This document shows, piece by piece, positions 35,936 to 46,766 of a stretch of 64,000 nt of DNA (its first letter is position 1; every line of letters starts with the position of its first letter). Source of the DNA: an uncultured Holophagales bacterium (lineage in GTDB: Bacteria; Acidobacteriota; Thermoanaerobaculia; Multivoradales; UBA5704); the NCBI GenBank assembly GCA_963842525.1, contig CAWJGT010000003.1, positions 1,504,001 through 1,568,000 on the forward strand, given 5' to 3'. A model generated the notes under the pieces. It ran no database searches, was not told the DNA's origin, and saw only the letters and a program-made list of their open reading frames with translations. The position numbers and the translations under genes were made by a program.

Positions 35936-38900
35936 CTAGCTCTCCGTCACCGGGACCAGACGGCGTTGTGCCCGCCGGACCACCTGGCTCTGGCGTTGCT
36001 GAGCCCGCATCCGCCGCGCCGCGGGATCGAGCCCCCGCAGCTCTGCCGCCAGCTCGCCCACCCCGGCGTCCGGCCGGGCGGCGGCGCACACCACCGCCAC
36101 GAAACCGTCGAGCAGGCTCACGGCGGTCGGCGCCGTGAAGAGATCCGTGCTGTACTCCAGGCGCACGTCGAGCCCCGAGCCGCTCTCCGTCAGGTTGAAC
36201 AGCAGGTCGAACTTGGCCGTGCGGGTATCAAGGTCCAGGTGGGTGACCGTCAGATTGCACGCGCGCCGCACCGCGGCCGGGGTGTTCTGCAGCACGAGCT
36301 TGACCTGGAAGAGCGGCGTGCGGCTCAGATCGCGCGCCGGTTTCAATGCCTCCACCACCTTGTCGAAGGGGGCATCCTGGTGGGCATAGGCGTCGAGCGT
36401 CAGGCGCCGCACGCGGCGCAGCAGCTCGCGGAACGTAGGCTCCCCTGACACGTCGATACGCAGCGCGAGCTGGTTGACGAAGAGCCCGATCAGCCGTTCG
36501 GTCGCGCTCTGCGTCCGGTTGGCGATGTCGGTTCCGATCACCAGGTCATCGCTCCCCGAGGCGTGCCGCAGCAGCACCGAGAAGGCCGCGAGCAGGGCCA
36601 TGAAGAGAGTCGCCTCCTCCTCGCGCAGGGTCTGGCGTAGCGGCTCGATGATCTCGCTGCGGATCCAGGTCCGCTCGACGGCACCATGGCCTGTGCGGAC
36701 GCAGGGGCGCGGCCGGTCGGTGGGCAGCTCCAGGAGCGGCAGCCCGGCGAGCCGCTGCCGCCAGTAGTCGATCTGCCGGGAAAGGACCTCCCCCTCCAGC
36801 CAGCCGCGCTGCCAGGCGGCGTAGTCGGCGTACTGCACCGGCAGCTCGGACAGCCGCGCCTCGCGCCCTTCGACGAGCGCTTCATAGAACTCCAGCACCT
36901 CGCCGAAGACGACGCTCCAGGACCAGCCGTCCGCGGCGATGTGGTGGATGTTGAGCAGGAGCTCGGACTCCGTGGGCGCGAGCCGCAGCAGGCAGGCCCG
37001 GAGGATGGGGCCGCGGTAGAGATCCAGCGGCAGGCGGGCGGCCTCCAGGGCGACGCGCCGGCTCTCGGCCTCGGTCCGGGAGGCCGGCAGGGCGCCGAGA
37101 TCGATCAGCGGCAGGGCGCCCAGGAAACGCCCCTCCGCGGGCGCGATCACCTGGCGCTGCTCGCTCTCGTCCACCGCGAAAACGGTGCGCAGCACCTCGT
37201 GCCGCTCCACGAGCCGCTCCAGCGCGGTACGCAGCGCCTGCCGGTCCAGCTCGCCGCTCAGCCGCAGGACCACCGGCAGGTGGTAGGAGGCGTCTCCCGG
37301 CGCGAGCCGTTCCAGGAAAAGCAGCCGCTGCTGCGCGAACGAGAGAGGCAGGGGAGCGGTACGCGGCACCCGGACGATCAGCGGCGTGCTGCCGTCCTCG
37401 CGCCGCTCCCCGATCCGCGCCGCGAGGCCCGCGACCGTGGGCGCCGCGAAGAAGCTATCCAGGGTCAGCTCGCAGCCGAAGGTCTCACGCACCTGCGAGA
37501 TCACCCGGGTGGCGAGGAGGGAGTGCCCGCCGAGCTCGAAGAAGTCGTCGTACACCCCGATCTCCGCGATGCCCAGGAGCGCCTGCCAGACCGCGACCAG
37601 GCGCCGCTCGACCGCGTTGCGCGGCGCCACGTACGCCGTACCCAGGTCCGGCCGCGCGTGCCCGGCGGCCGTTTCCACGGCGGCCTGCGCCGGAGCCGGC
37701 GCCTCGGCAGTTTCCTGCGTGGCGGGCGCGGCCTGCAGCGCCCGGCGTTCGATCCAGTAGCGCCGCCGCTGGAACGGGTAGGTGGGCAACGGGATGCGCC
37801 GCCGCGCCTCGCCGGCCCAGAACGCCTGCCAATCGACCGCGGCGCCGGCCAGCCAGAGCCTGCCGAGGGCGCGCAGCAGCACGGCCAGATCGGACCCTTC
37901 CTCGCGCGGGTGGCGCAGGGAGGCGACCACGTCATGCCCCGCTCCGGGCGGGATCTGCCGCCGCGCCAGCTCGCCAAGGGTGCGGCCGGGACCGACTTCG
38001 AGGAGCGTCAGGCCCTCGATCGCTTCCGCCAGGAGCTGCTGGAGGCCCGGTCCGAAGCGCACGGTTTCGCGCAGGTGGCGTACCCAGTAGGCGGGATCGG
38101 TGGCCTGCCCGGCGGTGATCCAGGTCCCGGTCAAATTGGAAAGATAGGGAGTCGCCGGGGCGAGCAGAGTCACCCGCGACACCCGCTCGGCGAAGGGGCG
38201 GAGGGCCGGTTCCATCATTGCGGAGTGGAAGGCGTGGGAGGTCTGCAGCCGGCGGGTGACCGCGCCGCGCGATTCCAGGCGCCTCTCCAGGTCCGCGATC
38301 TCCTCCTCCGGTCCCGCGACGGCGCAGAGCCCCGGGCCGTTCACCGCGGCCAGGGCCAGGCCGCCGGCGAGCTCCCGCTCGATCTCCGCCTCCGTCAGAT
38401 CGACCGCGAGCATGGCGCCCGGGGGCAGCTCCTGCATCAGCTCCCCGCGCGTCGCGATCAGGTCGAGGGCATCCTCCAGCGAAAGGACGCCGGCGAGGCA
38501 GGCCGCTGTGTACTCGCCGAGGCTGTGGCCGATGAGAGCAGCAGGCTCCACCCCCCAGGACAGCCACAGGCGGGCCAGAGCGTGCTCGACGGCGAAGAGG
38601 GCCGGCTGCGCGTAGCGGGTCTGGCGCAGCCGGCGCTCCGCCGAGACCGCCGGCTCTCCGGCCGCCGGGTACAGGAGCGTGCGCAGGTCGCATCCCAGCC
38701 GCGGCGCGACCCTTTCGGCGCACTCGTCGAGGGCACGGCGGAACGCGGGCTCGCTCTCGTAGAGACCGCGTCCCATGCCCGGGTGCTGCGCCCCCTGCCC
38801 GGGGAAGAGGAAGGCGACGGGGCGGCGCTCCGCGGCGCGGCGCGTCACGAGCCGTTGGGGGTCGCGTTCGCGCAATGCCGCGGCCGCCTCCTCCGGTGCG

Positions 38901-41900
38901 GAACAGACCAGCGCGCGGCGGCAGGGGAAAGGCCGGCGCCCGATCTGCAGGGTGTAGCAGGCGTCGGCCAGGCTGTTGCCGGGGTGGCGGGCCAGGTGCT
39001 CGGCGAGCCGGCCGGTCGCCTCCTCCAGCGCGGCCGGGGTGCGGGCGGACAGGAGGAGGAGCTGGAAGGGCCGCGACGGACCGCCGGGGAGGGGCTCAGG
39101 AGCCTCCTCGAGGACGGCGTGGGCGTTGGTGCCGCCGATGCCGAACGAGCTGACGCCGGCGCGGCGCGGTGTGTCGCCGGCCGGCCAGTCGGCCAGCCGG
39201 GTATTGACATAGAAGGGGCTGGAAGCGAAGTCGATGGCCGGGTTCGGCTGCTCGAAGTGGAGGCTGGGCGGGATCTGCCGGTGCTTCAAGGCGAGCGTCG
39301 CCTTGAGGAAGCCGGCGATTCCGGCGGCGGTGTCCAGGTGCCCGATGTTGGTCTTGATCGACCCCAGGGCGCAGAAGCCGGTCCGCTGCGACCCTCCGGC
39401 GCGGAAGGCGCGGGTCAGTGCGGCGACCTCGACGGGATCGCCGAGCTGCGTGCCCGTGCCGTGGGCCTCCACGCAGCTCACGCTGTCGGGGTGGACGCCG
39501 GCCGCGGCTTGTGCGGCCGCGATCACCTGCGCCTGCCCTTCGACACCTGGGGCGGTGAACCCGACCTTCAGCGCGCCGTCGTTGTTGATGGCGGTACCCC
39601 GCACCACGGCGTGAAGGGTGTCGCCGTCGCGCAGGGCGTCGTCCAGGCGTTTGAGCACCACGACGCCCACGCCGCTGCCGGGCACCGCGCCGCGCGAAGC
39701 CGCGTCGAAGGCGCGGCAGTGACCGTCCGGCGACAGGACGCCCGCGTCCTGGTAGAGATAGCCGGTCCCCAGCGGGACGCGTACCGCCACGCCGCCGGCC
39801 AGGGCCATGTCGCACTCCCGGTTGGCCAGCGCCTGGCAGGCGAAGTGGATGGCGACCAGGGAGGTCGAGCACGCCGTCTGCACCGCCACGCTGGGCCCCT
39901 TGAGGTCGAGGGCATAGGAGGTGCGGGTCGCCACGTAGTCCTTGTCGACGCTGGGCTGCAGAGCGAAGGGTCCGAGCGCCTCCAGGATGTCCGGCCGCGA
40001 GAGCAGGTTGAAGAGGTAGGTGCTCATCTGCGCTCCGGCGTAGACCCCCACCGGGCCGGACGGCCGCCGCGAGTCGTAGCCGGCGTGCTCCAGCGCCTGC
40101 CAGGCGTGCTCCAGGAAGAGACGCTGCTGCGGGTCGAGAACCTCGGCGTCGCGCGGGCTCAGGCCGAAGAATTCGGCATCGAACAGGTCGATGTCGGTGA
40201 GCTCGGAGGCTGCCTTGACGTAGCGGTCCAAGGCCAGGAGCTCGGGCCTGATGCCGTTGGCCAGGAGCTCGTTGACCGTCAGCCAGCGGAGCGACTCGAC
40301 GCCGCGGCGCAGGTTGTCCCAGATCTGGTCGAGGTCGGCGCCGCCCGGGAAGCGGCCGGACATGCCGATGACTGCGAAGGCGGGGCGGCCGGCGACCCGG
40401 TCCGGCGCGGGAACCGGCCGGCTGCTGGCCGCCGGCTCCCCTCCCGCCAGGTGGGCGGCGAGCCTGGCCACCGTGGGGTACTGGAACAGCTCCACGATTG
40501 GGATGTCGCGACCCAGGGAACGGAGCAGGCGGGCATGGACCTCGACGAGCCGCAGGGAGTGGCCTCCGAGGTCGAAGAAGTTGTCGTGCAGCCCCACCCG
40601 CTCGACCCCGAGGACCTCCTGCCAGGCGGCGGCGATCCGGCGCTCGATCTCGCTCCCGGGCACCGCATGGGTGGGCCGCTCGCGGACGGCTTCGTCCGGC
40701 GGGGGCAGGGCGCGGCGGTCCATCTTGCCGTTGGGGCTGAGCGGCAGGGCGCCCAGGAAGACGAACGCAGACGGGACCATGAATTCGGGCAGCCGCTCGC
40801 GAAGGAAAGCCCGCAGCTCCGCGGCGGGCGGGTGCGAAGCGGCACCGGCGGCGATCCAGGCGACGAGGATCTCTTCACCGCGATGGTCGTTGCGGACGCC
40901 GGCCGCTGCCTCCCGCACGGCGGGATGGAGGGTCAGGGCCGCCTCGATCTCGCCGGGTTCGATGCGGAAGCCGCGCACCTTGACCTGGTCGTCGATGCGG
41001 CCGACGAGATCGAGCGCGCCGTCCGGCCGCCAGCGGACGAGGTCGCCGGTGCGATAGAGACGGTCGCCGGGCCCGGCGCCGAACGGATCGGGGATGAAGC
41101 GCTCCGCCGTGGCCGCCGGCCGGGCCAGATATCCCCGCGCCAGGGCGATGCCGCCGAGGAGCAGCTCTCCGGGCACGCCCTTAGGCACCGGTGCCAGCGC
41201 CGGGCCGAGCAGGTGCACGCGCAGCCCCGCCAGGGGGCGGCCGATGGGAACCCGCTCGCTCTCGTGGCCGGTGGCCTGGTGGAGGCTGGCGCAGACCGTC
41301 GCCTCGGTGGGGCCGTAGGCGTTGAAGAAGCGCCGGCCCGGCGACCACAGGCGGGCCAGCGGGACCGGGCAGGGCTCACCCGCCACGATCAGGGTGCGCA
41401 GCGCCGGGAGCTGCTCCGGCGCGTCCGCGGGCATGGCCGCCAGCGCCGTGGGCGGCAGAGTGGCGTGGGTGACCCCCTGGCGCCGCAGCAGAGCCAGCAG
41501 GCCGGGACCGGGCAGCAGCTTCTCCCGGGGCGCGAGCACCAGGGTGGCACCCGCGGCCAGCGCCATCCAGATCTCCGAGACGGACGCGTCAAAGCCGGGC
41601 GAGGAGAATTGGAGGATGCGGTCCCCAGGCCCGACGCCGAAGGCATGCCCCTGGGCAGCGGCCAGGTGGGGGATGCCGCCGTGCTGCACCAGGACCCCCT
41701 TGGGCCTTCCCGTGGAGCCGGAGGTGTAGATCACGTAAGCGAGCTGGTCCGGCTGCAGCGGCGGCAGCGCGGGCGGGGGAGCCTGGGAGGAGGCAGCCTC
41801 GAGCTCGCGGTCGAGCCGGACGATCCGTACCGCGGGGCCGGCCAGGGCGGAGAGCCGGTCGGACAGCGCGGAAGTGGTGAGCAGGAAACGCGCCCCGGAG

Positions 41901-44900
41901 TCCGCCAGCAGCAGGCGGAGCCGCTCGGGCGGATAGTCCGGATCGAGGGGCAGGTAGGCGCCCCCGGCGAGGAGCGTGCCGAGCATGGCCTCCACCAGAC
42001 GCGGCGAACGTTCGCAGCAGAGGGCCGCCAGATCCTCCGGTCCGATGCCGAGAGCGCGCAGGTGGCGGGCCAGGAGCCCGGCGCGGCGGGCCAGCTCACC
42101 GTAGGAGATCCGCTCCTCGCCGTGGAGCAGGGCTGGGGCCGCGGGATCGCTGGCGGCGTGGGCGGCAAAGAGCTCCGGTGCGGTGGGAACGGCCGTAGCG
42201 GTGGGCCCGCCCTGACTCCAGACGCGCAGCTCCTCTGACTCGGCCATGCCGAGGAGCGGCAGGTCTGCCAGGGTGAGATCCGGCCGGGCGGCCGCCCCCT
42301 CCAGCAGGGTGCGCAGGTGCTCGAGGAGCCGCCTCGCCGTGGACCGGTCGAAGAGGTCGGCGGCGTGCTCCAGCGCGGCGGCCAGGCCGGCATCCGTCTC
42401 GGTCACGGAGAGCGTCAGGTCGAATTTGGACACCTCGGAGGCCACCGCCACGGGGGAGAGGGTCAGGCCCGGCAGCTCCAGCGGCTCCAGGGGCGCATTC
42501 TGGAGCGCTAGCATGACCTGGAAGAGCGGGCCATGGGCGAGCCTGCGCTCGATCCCCAGGTCGTCCACCAGCCGCTCGAAGGGGAGCTCCTGGTGAGCGT
42601 AGGCGCCCAGTGCCGTGGTGCGGGCCCGCGCCAGAGCCTCGCGGAAGGCGAGCCCGGGGGACAGGCGGACGCGCAGCACGAGGGTGTTGGCGAAGAAGCC
42701 GACCAGGTTCTCAAGCTCGGCATGGTTGCGGTTGGCGATGGGCGTGCCGACGAGGAGGTCCCCGTCGCCGCTGTAGCGGTGCAGCAGGGCCTGGAAACCG
42801 GCGAGGAGGACCATGAACAGCGTGGCGCCCTCCCGCCGTGCGAGATCCGCCAGCGCCTGGGCGAGAGGCGGACCGAAGGTGGTGAGCTCGACGGCGCCGC
42901 GGTAGCTCGGGACGGGGGGCCGCGGCCGGTCGGTGGGCAGCTCGAGGAGAGCCGGCGCCCCGGCGAGCTTCCCGGCGCCACCAGGCGAGCTGGGCGTCCA
43001 GAGCCTCGCCCTGCAGCCAGCCGCGCTGCCAGATGGCATAGTCGGCGTACTGGACCGGCAGCGCGGGCAGCGGCGAGGGCTCACCGCGAAGGAAGGCGGG
43101 GTAGAGGGCTGAGACCTCCCGGACCAGCACGCCTACGGACCAGCCGTCGCTCACGATGTGATGCAGGTTGAGCAGGGCGGCGTGCTCCTCCGCGGCGAGC
43201 CGCAGCAAGGTGACCCGGACCAGGGGGCCAAGCTCGAGGTCGAAAGGCCGCATCGCCGCGGCGGTCAGGAGGGAGCGGACCTCCCGCTGCCGGACCTCCT
43301 GCGGCAGGCCGGCGAGGTCGACGAGGGGCAGCTCGAGCCGCGGCGCAGCGGAGATCACCTGGAAGGGCCGGCCCTCCGCCGCCAGGAACGTCGTGCGCAG
43401 CACCTCATGGCGGCGAGCCACCTCGGCGAGGCTCGCGGCCAGCGCCGGCACGGAGAGCAGGCCGCGAAGCCCGAGGGCCAGCGGGACGTTGTAGGCCGGG
43501 CTGCCCGGCTCGAGCTGATCGATGAACCAGAGACGCTGCTGCGCGAACGACAGAGGCACGGGCCCCTGGCGCGGCATCGGGACCAGGGGCGGAGCGAGCG
43601 GGCCCGCACCGGCCCGCCGCGCCGCCTCGACCCGCGCCGCGAAATCTGCCAGCACCGGGGCCTCGAACAGATCGCGCAGCGGCATCTCCACCTTGCAGAC
43701 GCTGCGCAGACGGGACGTCACCTGCGTCGCCAGCAGCGAGTGTCCGCCCAGATCGAAAAAGTGGTCGGCCGACCCGACCCGTTCGAGACCGAGGAGCTCG
43801 GCCCAGATCCCGGCGAGGATCTCTTCGACCGGCGTCCGCGGCGCCAGACAGGTTTCTGCGCTCTGCAAATCCGGAGCGGGCAGGGCCTTCCGGTCCACCT
43901 TGCCATTCGGGGTGAGGGGGAGCGCTGCGAGCATGACGAACGCGGCCGGCACCATGTAGTCCGGCAGCCGCTCGCCCAAGGCCTGGCGCAGCTCCTCGGC
44001 AGTGGCGTCACCGGTGACATAGGCAATCAGCCGCCGGTCGCCCGGCGATCGGACGGATCGGTCTGATCGGTCGGATCCGTCCGATCGCGCTACCACGACC
44101 GCCTCGCGAACCCCGGGCAGGGCGACCAGCGTCGCTTCGATCTCGCCGAGCTCGATGCGGAAGCCGCGGACCTTCACCTGGTGGTCGGTGCGGCCGAGGA
44201 ACTCCAGGCGCCCGTCCGGAAGCTGGCGCGCCAGGTCGCCGCTGCGGTAGACGCGGCGGCTTCCGATCTCGGGGAACCTCTCCGCCGTGAGCTCCGGACG
44301 GCCGAGATAGCCGCGGGCGACCCCTGCGCCGGCGATGCAGACCTCGCCCGGCACCCCGATCGGGACCGGATCGCCCCAGCGGTCCAGCAGCAGGACCGCC
44401 GCGCTGTCCAGGGGACGGCCGAGCGGCGTCGCTCCGGGGCTGCCGGACCAGCCGGCCCGCGCTTCCTGGCGGCAGCAGATAATGGTGGCCTCGGTCGGGC
44501 CGTAGAGCACCTGGACGCGCGCCCGGGGGAAGACCTCCTCCATGTCTGCCAGGAGGTCCGGGGGCACCGCGTCGCCACCGACGAACGCCATGCGCAGGCC
44601 GGGCCAGGGGCCGCTCTCCCGCGCCGCCTCCACGACCTGGCGCATCAGCGCCGGTACGGCGTGGAGGAGGGTCATCTCCCCCAACCGCCCCACCAGATGG
44701 CCGACATCGAGCGTCGGGCGCAGGCCGAAGAGGACGGTACAGCCGCCGGCGAGCAGCGGGCTCAACAGCTCGAACAGGAAGATGTCGAACGAGAAGGATG
44801 CGAGGCAGGGCATGCGGTCGGCCGCCGAGAAGCTGAAGGCGCGCCGGGCCGCCGCGAGGGTGCTCGCCAGGCTCCGGTGCTCGACGACCACGCCCTTGGG

Positions 44901-46766
44901 GAGGCCGGTGGTCCCGGAGGTGTAGATCACGTAGGCCGGGGCTCCGGGCTCGGCGCGCGAGGCCCATCCTGCCGGCTCCTCCCCGCTGCCGAGCGCCTCG
45001 CCCATGCTCAGCACGCGGGCGCGGGCCGGCGCGAGACCCGCCACCCGCTCCCGCAGCGGCTCGTCCGCCAGGACGACGGGTGCCTCCGCCTGGCCGAGGG
45101 CGTCCTCTAGGAGGAGGGCGAGGCGGGTGTCGGGGTAGGCCGGATCCAGGGGCAGATAGGCGCCCCCAGTCTTCCAGATCCCCAGGATGGCGGCCGGCAG
45201 GTCCGGCGTGCGCTCGCAGCAGAGGCCAACCAGCGCGCCCGGAGCCACGCCCAGCCGCGCCAGGTGCCGCGCCAGCCGCTTGGCCCGCAGGTCGAGCTCG
45301 CGGTAGGTCGTCTCGTCTCCGTCCTGGAGGACCGCGACGGCCTCCGGGGACTGCCGCGCCCGCTCCTGGAAGAGCTCGACGACCGTTTCCACGGGAGCGT
45401 CCTCCGGCCGCGTGTCGTTCCACTCGGCGAGGAGCTGGTGCCGTTCACTCTCCGGGAGCGCCGGCAGGCCGCCGAGGGTGAGCCCGGGGGTGGCCGCGGA
45501 GAAGGTCCGCAGCACGCCCTCGAGATGCCGCAGCAGGCGCACCACCGCGGCGGCCTCGAAACGGTCCGTGTAGAAGCCCGCCCGCAGCTCGAGCCGGGGG
45601 CCGGGCCAGGCGGCCAGGGTGAGGGGGAAGTGGGTGCGCTGGTGCGCCTCCCAGCCGCTTCCCTTGCCGGCGCTCGCGTCCGCGGCATAGTTCTCGAAGA
45701 CCAGGATCGCCGAGAACAGCGGCCGGTCGCCGGGAAGCCCGCTCCACCGGCGGATCTCGGACAGCGGGCTGTGCTCGAAGCGGCGCAGCTCGAGCTGGGC
45801 CTCCTGCAGGTCCCTCAGCCAGCCGGCGAGATCCTGGCCGGGGTCGATGCGGGCGCGCGCGGGAAGAGTGTTGATGAAGCAGCCGATCATGCCTTCGGCG
45901 CCCGGGAGCGTGGTGGGCCGGCCCGCGGTGGTATTTCCGAAGACCACGTCCCGCTCGGCGCTGTAGCGGGCGAGCGTCAGGGCGAAGGCTCCCTGGACCA
46001 GGGTATTGAGGGTGAGGCGCTGCCGCCGCGCGAGCTCCTGGAGGGAGGCCGTGAGGTCTTCCGGCAGCACGGCCGCGGCTTCGGCGTAATGATCTCCCGG
46101 CGCCACCGTGCGGCCGGGGGAGCGGTCGATCCCGATCGTCGTCGGCTCGACGAAGCCCGCGAGCGTCTGCCGCCAGCAGGCCTCGGCCGCGCCGAGATCC
46201 TGCTGGCGCAGCCAGGCGACGTAGTCGCGGAAGGGGCGCCGCGTCTCCAGGGCGGGCTCGGCGCCGCGCGCCAGGGCCTCGTAGGCGGCGGCCACCTCCC
46301 GCAGGACCAGGGCGGCCGACCACCCGTCCAGAATCAGATGGTGATAGCTCCAGACGACGCGCCAGCCGGTGCCGCTCCAGCGGATGGCGGCCAGCCGCAT
46401 CAGGGGGGCCTGGTCGAGGGCGAAGCCGCGGGCGCGGTCCTCGCCCAGGAACGCCCGTAGCTTCTCCTCTCTGGCCGCGGAGTCCAGATCGCGCCAGTCC
46501 AGCCGCTCGAACGGCAGCTCGGCCTGCTGCCGCACGAGCTGGACCGGCTCCTCCACCTCTTCCCAGAAGAAGGCGGTGCGCAGGACCGGATGGCGGGCGG
46601 CGATCCTCCGCCAGGCCTGCTCCAGGAGCCCGATGTCGAGGCCCGCCTCGAAGCGGAGGACGAACTGGTCGAAGTACGCTCCGGTGACCCGAGCGTACAG
46701 GGTCTCGAACAGCATCCCCTGCTGGACCGGGGTCAGGCGGTAGATGTCTTCGACGTCGTGCTTCAA
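35936..46766 (-). CDS. Hybrid NRPS-PKS (~3609 aa after repairing a frameshift at ~42968): C(DCL)-A(unassigned)-PCP-C-A(Tyr)-PCP-KS-AT-ACP-C
   Basis: ORFs 42711..46766 (TTG start overlapping the upstream TGA) and 35936..43084 join inside the second C domain. Codes DIFHFGLIIK and DASTIAAVCK (Tyr-type). KS motifs TACSTS, HGTGT, NIGH. AT motifs GHSLG and HAFH (malonyl). C-terminal C domain with HHIAADG. Confidence 0.9.
44045..44088. repeat. Intragenic 9-bp tandem repeat (GGATCGGTC-like) forming a perfect 15-bp inverted repeat
   Basis: GCGATCGGACGGATC (44045-44059) and GATCCGTCCGATCGC (44074-44088) are reverse complements around a 14-nt loop. It encodes RSDGSDRSDRSVRS in an A-domain loop. Confidence 0.85.

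Noticed and set aside
44045-44088. Hairpin as a rho-independent terminator or CRISPR repeat
   Set aside because: It lies in frame inside a CDS, has no U-tract and no spacer array, and there are no cas genes.
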